Shown here: positions 38,241 through 48,978 of the stretch, one piece after another
How the letters are laid out: every line of letters starts with the position of its first letter
How positions within the stretch are numbered: the first letter of the stretch is position 1
Origin: Nitrosopumilus sp.
GTDB lineage: Archaea; Thermoproteota; Nitrososphaeria; Nitrososphaerales; Nitrosopumilaceae
Assembly: GCA_965218785.1 (NCBI GenBank)
Contig: OZ244650.1
Coordinates: 992,001 to 1,056,000, forward strand
Length of the DNA: 64,000 bases
Direction of reading: 5' to 3'
Notes under the pieces: generated by a model
Databases searched by the model: none
Told to the model about the DNA's origin: nothing
Seen by the model: only the letters and a program-made list of their open reading frames with translations
Made by a program: the position numbers and the translations under genes

Positions 38241-39389
38241 TTGGAGATTCCGGATGACACATTTCAAGAAATTATTGAGGGCAGTACAAGGCTGCTTGTT
38301 CCAAAAAAATCAATTACTGAAAAAGTTCCGCCAAAAAAGCCCGCATTTTTTAATCCAAAAGCAAAGCTGAACAGGGATTTTTCCATGGTTGTTTATGCGG
38401 CATTTATGAAAAATTTTCAGGGACCAAAGATTTTTCTGGATGGATTATCCGGAATCGGTGCGCGGGGACTGCGGGTTGCAAATGAGATAGGGGCAGAAAA
38501 CGTCGTGATCAACGATCTGAATCCGGATGCCCTGAAAATCGCACGGTATTCTGCAAGTCTGAATGATTTGGACAATGTTGAATTTTCTGAAAAAGAGGTC
38601 TGCCGATTTCTGAGTGATTATTCAGAAAAAGGAAAGCGGGGCTCGATGGTGGATGTAGATCCGTTTGGTTCTCCTGCGGCATTTTTTGATTGCGGGATCA
38701 GGGCCACCATGCACGGGGGAATCTTCTCGTCGGCTGCCACGGATCTTCAGGTACTCAACGGGCTCTTTGAACCTGCATGCAAGAGAAGGTATGGCGGAAC
38801 CACAGTTAGAACAGAATACGGAAATGAGATGGCAATAAGGTTGGTTCTTGGCTGTCTTAGAACGGTAACGGCAAGACTGGGGGTTAAAATCATTCCAATG
38901 TTTGTTGAAAGCGACATGCATTACTATAGAACATATGTCCAAGTTTTGAACAGGCCGGATCAGGAGGAAAACATGGGATACATACTGCACTGTAAAAACT
39001 GCGGACACAGAAAAACTACGACAGAGCTGGAACTGGAATGCGGGCTGTGTAAATCAAAAATCAGTGCTGCAGGACCGTTATGGATTGGAAAAATCTTTGA
39101 GCGGGAATTTATTCAAAACATGTTGTTGGAGATTCCAAATCTGGAGACAGACAAGGTTTGTGAAAAAACACTTGAGAAATGCCTGAAAGAATCCGAAATG
39201 CCGGGAACGTATTTTACATTGGATGAAATCGCATCAAAGATAAAATCATCGCCTCCGAAATTAGAGAATCTGATAACAGGCCTGCAAAAAAAGAATTTCA
39301 CAGCCAGTGTCACATCATTTAGCCCGACGGGGTTTCGGACAAATGCAAAGATAGACGAGGTAAAAGAGATGTTTCAGTCTATCCTATAA
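38241..39389 (+). CDS. trm1: tRNA (guanine-26-N2)-dimethyltransferase
   Basis: FFNP...NRD, GARGLR, DVDPFGSP, CxxC...CxxC, GPLW. Confidence 0.92.
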   Translation: MEIPDDTFQEIIEGSTRLLVPKKSITEKVPPKKPAFFNPKAKLNRDFSMVVYAAFMKNFQGPKIFLDGLSGIGARGLRVANEIGAENVVINDLNPDALKIARYSASLNDLDNVEFSEKEVCRFLSDYSEKGKRGSMVDVDPFGSPAAFFDCGIRATMHGGIFSSAATDLQVLNGLFEPACKRRYGGTTVRTEYGNEMAIRLVLGCLRTVTARLGVKIIPMFVESDMHYYRTYVQVLNRPDQEENMGYILHCKNCGHRKTTTELELECGLCKSKISAAGPLWIGKIFEREFIQNMLLEIPNLETDKVCEKTLEKCLKESEMPGTYFTLDEIASKIKSSPPKLENLITGLQKKNFTASVTSFSPTGFRTNAKIDEVKEMFQSIL

Positions 39390-39972
39390 AACCCAGACAG
39401 ACATAGTATAACTCACTGCTTTGTTTTCTGCTTGCCTTGGGTTTTGTAAGATTTATCCGGGAGAATTTTTTCTTGACATAATCCTTAAACTCCATTGAAT
39501 ATTCGCCGTCAAATACTTTGAAAATGGCGTTTCCTTTGTTTGCCAAAACCTTGTCCATGATTTTGGCAGAATCATAATTGAGTGAAATTTGTCTGGCATG
39601 ATCAACTGACCAGTTTCCGCTAATCTTGGGTGAAAGATCACAGATTACGGCGTTTACCTTGCGCTCAAAATACGACATTATTTCATCAATTACGTGCTCA
39701 TCATCAATGCTTTCTCGAAGAAGATATGCCCCGGGAATCTCATCCACGTATGACAGGTCAATTCCCATCACCTTTCCCTGATTTCCGGCAAGTTTTACAG
39801 CCATCTGGGTCCAACCACCCGGTGCACACCCCAAATCCAGGACATTGAATCCCGGACCGATTATGCGATATGACTGGTTTAACTCTTTTAGTTTGTATGC
39901 GGCCCTGCTCCGATAGCCCTGCTCATGGGCTAATTTTCTATACTGATCCTTGCGGGCATCTAAGAGTTTCAT
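39379..39972 (-). CDS. rlmE: 23S rRNA 2'-O-methyltransferase RlmE/FtsJ
   Basis: GYRSRAAYKL, LDLGCAPGGW, KPKASR..SSE.Y. Confidence 0.95.
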   Translation of the reverse strand: MKLLDARKDQYRKLAHEQGYRSRAAYKLKELNQSYRIIGPGFNVLDLGCAPGGWTQMAVKLAGNQGKVMGIDLSYVDEIPGAYLLRESIDDEHVIDEIMSYFERKVNAVICDLSPKISGNWSVDHARQISLNYDSAKIMDKVLANKGNAIFKVFDGEYSMEFKDYVKKKFSRINLTKPKASRKQSSELYYVCLGFIG

Positions 39973-40892
39973 TTTGAAGGCTTTTTCATTTCGGCAATTA
40001 CCCAGTCTTCAATAAATTGACAGTTCCTTGGACTGATTTCGCCATCAAGTGAACATTTCTGTTCCACGGGGCAAACCAGACAGGGGGCATTCTCAATTGA
40101 CTGAGTACTGATCGGAGTCTTTTTTAAAATCAATTTATAGGTCCAGCGGCCTTTCTCGAGGATTTTCTCCCTGGTAATGGTTCCCATTCTCTCCAGTTTT
40201 AATGCCAGACGGGAGCCGTCACGGCTTGAAAGTTTAAGTTTTTTCCACAGTTCACTTTGAAACATTCCATTTAATTCGCGTTCTGCTAGAATGTCGCAAA
40301 CTTTGTTGGTGAGCCTCTCCATGTCGACTTTTTCAATCTGAAAGTTTTCAATTTCCTCATCAGAAAGCTGTTCTTCTAACTCCTCTTCTAATGTTTTTTC
40401 AGCCTCTTTTTTGGCCTCTGCCAATTCCTTTTTGGTTAATTTTTTTACTTTTGGGGGCTTTGGCTCGACTTTCTTTGGTTTTTTTACCTTGAGCTGTTTT
40501 GATTTTTTTGTATTCTTTGCAGGCTTTGACTCCGCTTTCTTTGGTTTTTTTGCATTGGACTGTTTTGTCTCGTCTTTCTTTTCCTTCTTTGACTCGCCTT
40601 TTTTTGTATTCTTTGCAGGCTTTGTCTCATCCTTTTTTGATTTTTTTACTTTGGATTTCGTTTCCTTCTTTACCTCCACTTTCTTTTCCTTCTTTACCTC
40701 AGCTTTCGTTTCTTTCTTTGCAGGCTTTACCTCATCTTTCGTTTCTTTCTTTGCGGGTTTTGCATCATCTTTCTTTTCCTTCTTTGCAAGTTTTTTAGAC
40801 GAGTCTAGGATCTTTTTTCTCCTTTTTAATTCGGCAAGTTCAGCCTTCATTTTTTCTACTTTAACAACTAGATCTTTTTTCTTTGTCATCAA
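39969..40892 (-). CDS. RPC34-like transcription factor (TFE-beta) with a Lys-rich N-terminal extension
   Basis: wHTH (QSELWKKLKLSSRDGSR..LE..G.I.R....GRWTY) plus a C-terminal PCLVC....C......P..C Fe-S motif. Confidence 0.8.
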   Translation of the reverse strand: MMTKKKDLVVKVEKMKAELAELKRRKKILDSSKKLAKKEKKDDAKPAKKETKDEVKPAKKETKAEVKKEKKVEVKKETKSKVKKSKKDETKPAKNTKKGESKKEKKDETKQSNAKKPKKAESKPAKNTKKSKQLKVKKPKKVEPKPPKVKKLTKKELAEAKKEAEKTLEEELEEQLSDEEIENFQIEKVDMERLTNKVCDILAERELNGMFQSELWKKLKLSSRDGSRLALKLERMGTITREKILEKGRWTYKLILKKTPISTQSIENAPCLVCPVEQKCSLDGEISPRNCQFIEDWVIAEMKKPSK

Positions 40893-40944
40893 ATCACCTC
40901 GTTTTTTAAATTCAACTTCTTATTTATCATGCAATCATCATTTC

Positions 40945-41496
40945 CTATTTAACCGTAAATCCCTCAGTTGTCGAGACGTTAATGAGTTCTTTTGAAATTA
41001 TTTCTGCCTCAATCTCATAATAACCGGGAGTATCAACTAGTACAGAAAAACCCTCGCCCACGGGAATAATTTTATCTTCATCCTCAAAGCACTGTTCGAG
41101 GAACTGGTTTTGGATAATCGGACTGTCATCTTCTGAATAAACTGTAATGTAAAGATCCCCACAATCAAAGGAGGAATCACCAATTTTGACCTGAACCTCC
41201 ACGGGCTCAGATGTGGAGTACTGATTTGAGAGGCCGAGTATTTCAATGACAATAACGGCCTTGGAGGGGGTTTCTTTTGGAACGGCCTTGGAGGGGGTTT
41301 CTTTTGGAACGGCCTTGGAGGGGGTTTCTTTTGGAACTACCGGGGAGGGGGTTTTTTCTGGAACAGACACAGACACAGACCCAAAGTCCAACTCCCTGCC
41401 CGGTTTTTGGAGAATATCTGCCATGACTGCTGAACCGAAAAATAGTGAAAAGATTGCAGGAAATATAAATACAACAAAAACTTTCTTGGAGACCAT
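40945..41496 (-). CDS. Membrane-anchored hypothetical protein with an internal repeat insertion
   Basis: N-terminal TM; VPKETPSKA repeated 3 times. Confidence 0.7.
   Translation of the reverse strand: MVSKKVFVVFIFPAIFSLFFGSAVMADILQKPGRELDFGSVSVSVPEKTPSPVVPKETPSKAVPKETPSKAVPKETPSKAVIVIEILGLSNQYSTSEPVEVQVKIGDSSFDCGDLYITVYSEDDSPIIQNQFLEQCFEDEDKIIPVGEGFSVLVDTPGYYEIEAEIISKELINVSTTEGFTVK
41253..41362 (-). repeat. 27-bp coding tandem repeat
   Basis: aacggccttggagggggtttcttttgg three times plus a degenerate fourth copy. Confidence 0.9.
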
Positions 41497-41599
41497 TTTG
41501 ATTTAGATCCATAATTCCCTTATATCTATTTAGCAAAATCAGAGAACACGGGATCAATTTGACGAATGAGTTAAATCGTAGCCGACTAAATATCGCTAG

Positions 41600-43693
41600 A
41601 TGCGACTTAGAAAATTCAGAGTCAGAGCATATAGATGCATTCATGATTCTGGAGAGATCACCGTTGGGGATTTGGCAGCTTTTGTCGGTAGAAATGAGAG
41701 TGGAAAAACCACCATCTTACAAGCACTGACTTTGCTAAATAGAGACGAAGAGGTTTCAGAACTGGATCTTTGTGACGAGATGGATCAAGAATTAAAAGAT
41801 GAGATGAAACTGGCAGAAGGCGAGTTTGATCTCAACTCGCATGAAACTAGTCTGTTAAAAGAAAAATTTCCCAACCTGCCAGAAATTAAAAAAATCAAAT
41901 TATTTAGAACAAACCGGAAACCTAAAGTCCAGTATGAGTTTGAAGACATAGAACTAAGCGAGTCCGAAGACACGGTACTAAATTCATGGGAAAATTTCTC
42001 AAAACAAATTCTTGAATTTTTAAACACGCTTCCAAACCATATTAGAATACAAATTGACACAAATTTCTTTGAAGGTGCAGGACCGAAGAATCAAGTAGCC
42101 TTTGATAGTGGAATGGCAGAATTCAGTAATCAATTTCATGTTATTGCCATTCAAGAACCCAGAGTCATTGAAAGATGGGAAGAGATCTACGAAAGTCCTG
42201 AAAACCAGTTTTCAAATCTTCTAAGTGGCGAAAATGAGAAAATCGCACTGCAAAACTATATCGAATCCGAACTACATCCAAGATTTGTATATTTTTCAGA
42301 TTACAAAAAAATCTACGGCAACATAAACCTCAACGAATATCAAAGAGAAGAAGAAAAGGAAAGAAAAGACTCGATCGAATTTGTCGAGGAATTTGACAAG
42401 GCAGAGACGGTAAGAAACCTCTTTTATCTGGCAGAGCTTGACATGAAGGAATTAGAGGAAGTAAGAGAGAGCCCCTCAAAATGCATCAAACTTCTTAATG
42501 TGGCAAGCAACAGATTGACACGCAAGTTAAACCCGGCATGGAAGGGAGATCCAATTCATGTGGATTTGAGATACAATCCCGGAAACATCATGAGTGTTGT
42601 AATTTCAGACGTCCATAGGGATGGAACAATTACAAACACGGGACTGCTAAATAGAAGGGCCGAGGGTTTCAAATGGACGTTTTCTTTTATTGTAAACTTT
42701 GCAGCAGAAACACAAAGAGCGGAATTAAAAGAGGCAATACTGCTTTTAGACGAACCTGCCAGAAATCTTCACCCCACACAACAGATGGGAATTTCCGATT
42801 TATTGAAAAATCTGGCAGGCTCTAACCAGGTTTTATATGCAACACATTCACCATTTATGATATTTGACTACACACCTGGCAACCTGCTAGTCGTAGAACT
42901 AGACAAGAGAAAACACCTCAGCAGAATATTTTATGATTATTGGAATGCAGATGACAAAACACTGACGCCGATTTTGTATGGATTATCCAGGGGTCAGGTT
43001 GAATCCATTGTAGATAGGGAGATAGGAACGAATTCCAGGCCGATAATCATTGTAGAGACAATGTCTGATGCAATGTATCTAAATGCGTTTGACAAGTTCC
43101 TGCAGGATCCGAATATTTCAATGAACCCGCTCAATATTGTAGCCGCATTTAACAAAAATTCGGTTTTACCACTGGCAATATTTTATAGAAATCACGGTTA
43201 CAAGACATTTGTTTTGTTGGATAACTCTGATGAATCAAAACAAATTTCCGCCCAACTGGTCTCAAATGAATTTTCATCAGTACAGGCAATCTTTTTTGAA
43301 CGAGGCGGGAAAAAACTAGAATCAATCGAGGATTACATCATGCCTGATGATTACATGCACGTGGTAAACCAGACGTATGAAATAAAATTAAGGGACGAGG
43401 GATTTTTGAATCTTACTTTACAGGATCTCGCCTCCAAAATGGATAAAGGAATCTTGAATAAATTAAGAAGGATATGGCAGGAGCACGCCGAGGATGACTG
43501 GGGGGAATTCAACAATGAAGAAATCACCAGGTACATATGTGAAAAAATCACACTTGAAGAGACGGATTTCCTCTCAGATAAGACAAAAGATCAATTCAGA
43601 TCATTGTACCGGCTAATCGCTGAAAGAATCAGGCAGTACCAGAACGTATCTACAAAACAGGATCTAGCCAAATTCCAAAAGGCCGGGGTCTAA
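41600..43693 (+). CDS. OLD-family ABC-type ATPase with a TOPRIM-like domain
   Basis: GRNESGKT Walker A, ILLLDEP..LHP Walker B, ATHSP, IIIVETMSD. Confidence 0.85.
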   Translation: MRLRKFRVRAYRCIHDSGEITVGDLAAFVGRNESGKTTILQALTLLNRDEEVSELDLCDEMDQELKDEMKLAEGEFDLNSHETSLLKEKFPNLPEIKKIKLFRTNRKPKVQYEFEDIELSESEDTVLNSWENFSKQILEFLNTLPNHIRIQIDTNFFEGAGPKNQVAFDSGMAEFSNQFHVIAIQEPRVIERWEEIYESPENQFSNLLSGENEKIALQNYIESELHPRFVYFSDYKKIYGNINLNEYQREEEKERKDSIEFVEEFDKAETVRNLFYLAELDMKELEEVRESPSKCIKLLNVASNRLTRKLNPAWKGDPIHVDLRYNPGNIMSVVISDVHRDGTITNTGLLNRRAEGFKWTFSFIVNFAAETQRAELKEAILLLDEPARNLHPTQQMGISDLLKNLAGSNQVLYATHSPFMIFDYTPGNLLVVELDKRKHLSRIFYDYWNADDKTLTPILYGLSRGQVESIVDREIGTNSRPIIIVETMSDAMYLNAFDKFLQDPNISMNPLNIVAAFNKNSVLPLAIFYRNHGYKTFVLLDNSDESKQISAQLVSNEFSSVQAIFFERGGKKLESIEDYIMPDDYMHVVNQTYEIKLRDEGFLNLTLQDLASKMDKGILNKLRRIWQEHAEDDWGEFNNEEITRYICEKITLEETDFLSDKTKDQFRSLYRLIAERIRQYQNVSTKQDLAKFQKAGV

Positions 43694-43771
43694 GATTTAA
43701 GAAGGTTTCGCATGAAAAATACTGAAATAAAAAATAGAAATAGGGAAAAGTTCTTTAGGTTTAAGTGAGAG

Positions 43772-45964
43772 ATGATCAGCCTGAATCATATGAATAAATC
43801 CTCGACGAGAGGAATCCTCCTTTCAATTACACTGTTGTTTTCAATAACACTTGCCACAATCCCCATGATGGCATATGCAGAAGTCAATGTCAAAAGTTTC
43901 GGATTGGAGGAAATAACAATTCTCGAGGTAATAAACGACTCAGATGATACCATCAGCACTGTTAGAATCTGGCTTGGAGATGATTTTAATTTTGTATCAT
44001 TTAAAACAGAAAAAGACTGGGCAGGGGAAAAAACCCCGCAAGGGATTATAATTTTCACAACATCCAAGGCAATCGGTCCCGGCGAGTCTGTAAAATTCGG
44101 TGTTAAAACAGACAAAGTAGAGCCGGGAATTAACTGGAAGGCATTAGATAGGAATGACAGACAACTCAACATAGGCAAGGTGTTGCCATTTGCAATATCA
44201 AATGGAAATACAAATACCGTTCCGCCACCGCCACCCGTCCCACCGGTGCAAAATACAGTGGAACCCCCACCCCCAAGCATGTCTTCTGAGTCAGTCTTTA
44301 GAATAATTCCAGACAAGCCAAACGTGGGTTCATCAATCAGGGTTACAGGAGATAATTTTGGCATATCCCAAGAATTTGATTTTTACATTGATTCAGAAAA
44401 ACTCGGCAGTTTTGAAACAGATGAAAACGGTGGTTTCATGACTACGATGAAAATTCCCGAGAATCAAAATGCAGACAGGGTGGATTTTAAAATTGTAGAC
44501 TCGGAAGGGGAAGAAAAAAAGATCAGTCTTAGAATAGGCGAGGTTGAAGACAGAACTCCGGTATCACCAACTACAGTCAGCCTTACAATCGAAGGAATTC
44601 CAAGCATAATACACAGGGGTGATATTTTGGATATATCTGGAACCGGAAATCCCGACAGTGCAGTCACTGCGGAAATTACCACGCCGGATGGCAATGTCAT
44701 TCACGCAAGAACAGCAGAGATAGACTCCCAAGGAAGTTGGAAGTTGGATGAATCGATACTCATATCATTGGATGCACAGTTTGGACAGTATAGCGCAGTT
44801 GTGACTGATGGAAGAGAGACCGTACAAAAGAACTGGACAGTCGAATCAAATAAAATAGTATCCATATCTCCAAGCAGTCTGAGATTTGAGCCCGGTGATA
44901 CCCTGATATTTAACGGAACTGCCAAACCCAGCACACCCATTGAGATGGTATTGGAGGATCCACGCGGAAAAGAGGTTTTTTCAGACATCATTCAAACCAA
45001 CAGTACCGGCTTTGTAAATTTTGAGTTTCACACAAGACAGAGCACCCCCAAAGGAACATACACCTTAATTGCAACACAGGAAAAAGAGACAGAGTTTGTT
45101 TTTGTAGGGCTGGGACAACTGCCAACAATTCCAATCAAGATAGAATTTGATAGAGTAAATTACCATGGCGTAAATGAGGCTATAATCTCATTTACGGGAA
45201 CGGGATCAGACGTGGTCAATTTGCTGATTCTTGATCCTTCAGACCAGCCGGTAGAAGACGCAACGACGATCATCACACTGCAGCCAGACGGCAAGGGAAC
45301 GTATTTTCTTGATCTAAGGGGATATACATCAGGGGTGTATACTGCCGTAGCTAACAAGGGAAGCGCTCAAAGCTCGGAATTCTTCGGAGTAGGCCTGGTT
45401 ACCGGTTCGCCGAATATTAATATTAATACAACAAAAAACGAATATCGCCCCGGGGAGCCGATTTTGATTCTGGGAGAGACTGCCACTGAAAACGTCCTGC
45501 TTTCTGTAACTTTGATTGACCCTGACGGAAACGAAGTCAAGACAAAGGAGACTTTTTCAGACAAGGAAAAAAAGATTTCTGAAAAATCCTTTAGAATCCC
45601 AAGTCATGGAGCACCGGGAACATGGACGATTCACGCAAAGAGCGGTTTAAATTTTCATACTGTGGATATCGAGGTTTTGGCGGCATTATCTGAAGGAATG
45701 CAGTTATCTGTCACAGATGGAAGCAGCGGCATGCGTAATGAAACACAGATTGACATAAGAATAACAGGTGTTCACCAAACTCCAAAGATCGAAGTATTTA
45801 CAAAAGACGGTCTGAGCATTGGAACTCTGACGGCTAATCCGACTGGTAACGGGGAAATCAACGTGCCTTGGTCATTTCCCATGGATACCGCACCTGGAAC
45901 ATATACAATCAAGGCGACAAACGGATCTGATTCTGCAGAAACCACTTATGAGCTGAAAGGATGA
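43772..45964 (+). CDS. Large secreted protein with multiple Ig-like domains
   Basis: Signal peptide ending AYA, Pro linker, repeated Y.PG(D/E)...G...V.L.DP.G...G.Y.I beta-sandwich units. Confidence 0.8.
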   Translation: MISLNHMNKSSTRGILLSITLLFSITLATIPMMAYAEVNVKSFGLEEITILEVINDSDDTISTVRIWLGDDFNFVSFKTEKDWAGEKTPQGIIIFTTSKAIGPGESVKFGVKTDKVEPGINWKALDRNDRQLNIGKVLPFAISNGNTNTVPPPPPVPPVQNTVEPPPPSMSSESVFRIIPDKPNVGSSIRVTGDNFGISQEFDFYIDSEKLGSFETDENGGFMTTMKIPENQNADRVDFKIVDSEGEEKKISLRIGEVEDRTPVSPTTVSLTIEGIPSIIHRGDILDISGTGNPDSAVTAEITTPDGNVIHARTAEIDSQGSWKLDESILISLDAQFGQYSAVVTDGRETVQKNWTVESNKIVSISPSSLRFEPGDTLIFNGTAKPSTPIEMVLEDPRGKEVFSDIIQTNSTGFVNFEFHTRQSTPKGTYTLIATQEKETEFVFVGLGQLPTIPIKIEFDRVNYHGVNEAIISFTGTGSDVVNLLILDPSDQPVEDATTIITLQPDGKGTYFLDLRGYTSGVYTAVANKGSAQSSEFFGVGLVTGSPNININTTKNEYRPGEPILILGETATENVLLSVTLIDPDGNEVKTKETFSDKEKKISEKSFRIPSHGAPGTWTIHAKSGLNFHTVDIEVLAALSEGMQLSVTDGSSGMRNETQIDIRITGVHQTPKIEVFTKDGLSIGTLTANPTGNGEINVPWSFPMDTAPGTYTIKATNGSDSAETTYELKG

Positions 45965-46003
45965 TTTCAAACAATTTTATTTCCCTCAAAAACATCCATT
46001 CCC

Positions 46004-46516
46004 ATGAACCTTAGAGAAAAAATTGCAGAATATCCGGATTTTCCCAAAAAAGGAATCCTATTTCGGGACTTTGGCCCGATTCTCAAAGATCCGTCGGCCC
46101 TGTCTTTGATTGCCGATGAATTCTCAAAACACTTTCATCCAAATGACATTGATCTGTTTGCAGGAATCGAGTCAAGGGGATTCATTCTTGCCTCTGTTCT
46201 AGCCGTAAAATACGACAAGGGCATGATAATGATAAGAAAGGCAGGAAAATTGCCCGGAAAGACTGTAAAACTGTCGTATACGATCGAGTATGGCAGGGAT
46301 GCAGTAGAGATTCAAAAAGACATCATCAAAGAGGGGCAAAGAATACTCATCTGTGATGACTTGCTTGCAACAGGAGGCACGGCAAAGGCATCTGCAAGAC
46401 TAGTTGAAAAGGTGGGGGGGAAGATCTCAGGCTTTGCATTCATCATAGAACTGACTGATCTAAACGGAATCAGCAAGATCAAAAAGTATGATTGTAAATC
46501 ACTGGTGAAGTATTAA
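46004..46516 (+). CDS. apt: Adenine phosphoribosyltransferase
   Basis: [34 protein letters not shown]. Confidence 0.96.
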   Translation: MNLREKIAEYPDFPKKGILFRDFGPILKDPSALSLIADEFSKHFHPNDIDLFAGIESRGFILASVLAVKYDKGMIMIRKAGKLPGKTVKLSYTIEYGRDAVEIQKDIIKEGQRILICDDLLATGGTAKASARLVEKVGGKISGFAFIIELTDLNGISKIKKYDCKSLVKY

Positions 46517-47307
46517 TGCAAAAAGATGTGGAGATTGGTATTTTTGGAGGGACCGGAATTTACGATTCGGGTCTTCTTGAAAATCCCCGGGAGATTGAGA
46601 TGGACACACCCTATGGCAGGCCGTCAGATACCATAACAGTCGGAATCTTCAACGGGCGAAAAATTGCCTTTCTTCCAAGACACGGAAAAAAACACACCAT
46701 CCCGCCACACATGATTAATTTCAAGGCAAATGTTTGGGCATTCCAGGAATTGGGAATTACAAGAATCATAGCACCATCAGCAGTTGGAAGCCTGAAAGAA
46801 GAGCTGGAACCGGGTCATTTTGCATTACCCTCACAGTTCATAGACTTTACCAAATCCCGGGATGGCTCGTTTTCAAAAGACGGAAGGGTCATCCATATTT
46901 CAGTAGCCGATCCCTTCTGTCCTGAATTACAATCATCAATTCTCAAGGTGACTGACAGGCAGGATCTAAAGATGCACAGGGACTGCACCTATGTGTGCAT
47001 CGAGGGACCGCGATTTTCAACCAAGGCAGAATCAAAATTCTACAGGACTACAGGTGCGGACATTATTGGCATGACGCTGGTTCCAGAATGCCAGTTGGCA
47101 AGGGAAGCGCAGATGTGTTATGCGTCAATTTCAACTGTCACAGATTATGATGTCTGGGCCGAGAAACCAGTTACTGCCAAGGCCGTCATGGAAACACTTT
47201 CAAAAAATGTAGAGAGAACAAAGATGGTATTGACAGAATTAATTGATGAGATTCCTAAAACCAGGAGTTGCTCATGTGCCGGCGCACTACACGAGGCGGA
47301 ATTTTAA
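46516..47307 (+). CDS. mtnP: S-methyl-5'-thioadenosine phosphorylase
   Basis: [34 protein letters not shown]. Confidence 0.94.
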   Translation: MQKDVEIGIFGGTGIYDSGLLENPREIEMDTPYGRPSDTITVGIFNGRKIAFLPRHGKKHTIPPHMINFKANVWAFQELGITRIIAPSAVGSLKEELEPGHFALPSQFIDFTKSRDGSFSKDGRVIHISVADPFCPELQSSILKVTDRQDLKMHRDCTYVCIEGPRFSTKAESKFYRTTGADIIGMTLVPECQLAREAQMCYASISTVTDYDVWAEKPVTAKAVMETLSKNVERTKMVLTELIDEIPKTRSCSCAGALHEAEF

Positions 47308-47588
47308 TCATCCACAAAGGATTCTTTTTTTAATCCTTCTGGCAAAGTCAGATCACCCTGAAGCAGGTTTTTTTGCAGCTGCAAGATTACCTGTTCGGCA
47401 TCATGCCCCAGATTCTCCAGTTCCTTTTGAGTTGTTTTGGAGATTTTTGCGCCGACGTTTTGTCCGCCTATCCTACCAAACGCGATTGCCGTAAAACGAA
47501 ACTCGTTGTCATCTAGCGTAAATGTACCGGTAATCTTGGCTGCCATCTGGCTTCCGTGAACGTTGTTGATGTGAACTTTGAGATCCAT
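47304..47588 (-). CDS. Conserved hypothetical protein
   Basis: 94-aa ORF, co-oriented in a tight run of genes. Confidence 0.7.
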   Translation of the reverse strand: MDLKVHINNVHGSQMAAKITGTFTLDDNEFRFTAIAFGRIGGQNVGAKISKTTQKELENLGHDAEQVILQLQKNLLQGDLTLPEGLKKESFVDD

Positions 47589-47595
47589 TTCAGAA

Positions 47596-48036
47596 TTAAA
47601 TCTCTACGGCCTTGTTGATATTCTCATCAATTAAAAAACTCCAGTGGTCCTTGTCATCAACCTTGAAATCCTTGACTGCAAGCGCAATTATATGTTCATC
47701 CAAACACTCGTGTTTTATTTCACCTGTCTCCTTTACCTTGACTAGTTTCCATTTGTATTTTCCCTGCTGTAATTTGCATACTGTAACTGCCCATTTTGCA
47801 TCAGGATCAATCCTTGGCATCCCTACCAGATCTGCCACTTCCTCAATTCCGAGTTGTTTTTCCTCGCAGAATCGTTTCTTGCAAACGCCGCATCTCCAGA
47901 CATCGACTGAACCGATCGTTTTCTCGTCTAGGTTTATGTTTATCACTCCATAGTAAACGGGCTGATGCTTGCATGTTTCAGTGTCAATACTCAATGGTGT
48001 TTCCCAATCCACAGCATTATTTAGTTCTTGCATCAT
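47596..48036 (-). CDS. Conserved hypothetical Cys-containing protein
   Basis: C.H ... CGVC motif; likely start at 48036 or 48033. Confidence 0.7.
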   Translation of the reverse strand: MMQELNNAVDWETPLSIDTETCKHQPVYYGVININLDEKTIGSVDVWRCGVCKKRFCEEKQLGIEEVADLVGMPRIDPDAKWAVTVCKLQQGKYKWKLVKVKETGEIKHECLDEHIIALAVKDFKVDDKDHWSFLIDENINKAVEI

Positions 48037-48373
48037 CGTAGAATTTTTCCAACGCAGCCCCCATGCTATCGACAGTGTTGTTTCGTTTAAATTCAATATT
48101 CTCTCGTTCACACATCTTTCTGTACATGTTGACTGCCGTAAATCTGGGATGCATTGCCTCAAACTCTGTCTTGGAAAAATCTATGAACGCCCCGAGTGTG
48201 ACTAGCTGTTCGGCTGTCTTTTGTGCATCATCTGGTGTGATCTTTAACTTTTCTGCAATTTCTGATGATGTCATTTTTCCATAACAGGTAATCAACAGGT
48301 ATATTTTGGCCTGGATAGGTTCCAGCCTGATCTCAGAGACTAGATGATTTTCAATTTTAGAGGAATCCAACAT
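48017..48373 (-). CDS. TrmB-like HTH protein
   Basis: QAKIYLLI..GKMTSSEIAEKL.......A..L...G......FEAMHP. Confidence 0.75.
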   Translation of the reverse strand: MLDSSKIENHLVSEIRLEPIQAKIYLLITCYGKMTSSEIAEKLKITPDDAQKTAEQLVTLGAFIDFSKTEFEAMHPRFTAVNMYRKMCERENIEFKRNNTVDSMGAALEKFYDDARTK

Positions 48374-48678
48374 TGGCTAAATCTTGAAAAATGGTAATAA
48401 AAACCAAAGAACACAGAAAGCAGTTTGTATTTTTCCTGATTTCCAAAAACTTTCTTTTATTTACTGCCAGCATCCGAACTCCCATCCCGCCAATTATTTG
48501 TGCGTATATGGAAAACGGCATAAATGCAGTGCTGTCACGTCGCAAAGAATCGCACAATAGGGAGAATCCGATCAGTCCTCATCCCTTCTTCTTCTTCTTC
48601 TTCTTTTTATTATCATCTGTCTTTCATGCAGAACCCATCTTCAAAAGGTTGTTATAGAATTCCTGATCTTCTCAAGAT

Positions 48679-48978
48679 GTGCCACTTACAAATAACGTGA
48701 TAATCAAGCTAAATGAAATAACCACCATGATCGAAGACAAGTCAAAACTTACAGAGTCAGAGATAGATGAAATAAAATCCATTTTCAAAACCCTTGTTGA
48801 AAACGGGGAAAGATACGATGTGGATGAAATTGAATACTGGTTTGAAAATGAGGGAAGCTGGACTAACAAAGAGTCTAGAGTCAGAATTACAAATCTTTCT
48901 AGTTATGTCCAGGACAAGTACCAACAAACGGCCCATCTGAGAATCCTTTCTGATGATGATCAAGACTGCTGTAGTTAG
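48679..48978 (+). CDS. Conserved hypothetical protein
   Basis: 99-aa acidic ORF with TTATA upstream. Confidence 0.7.
   Translation: MPLTNNVIIKLNEITTMIEDKSKLTESEIDEIKSIFKTLVENGERYDVDEIEYWFENEGSWTNKESRVRITNLSSYVQDKYQQTAHLRILSDDDQDCCS

Noticed and set aside
40411-40995. Phe-rich 194-aa ORF
   Set aside because: Antisense of the Lys-rich TFE-beta extension
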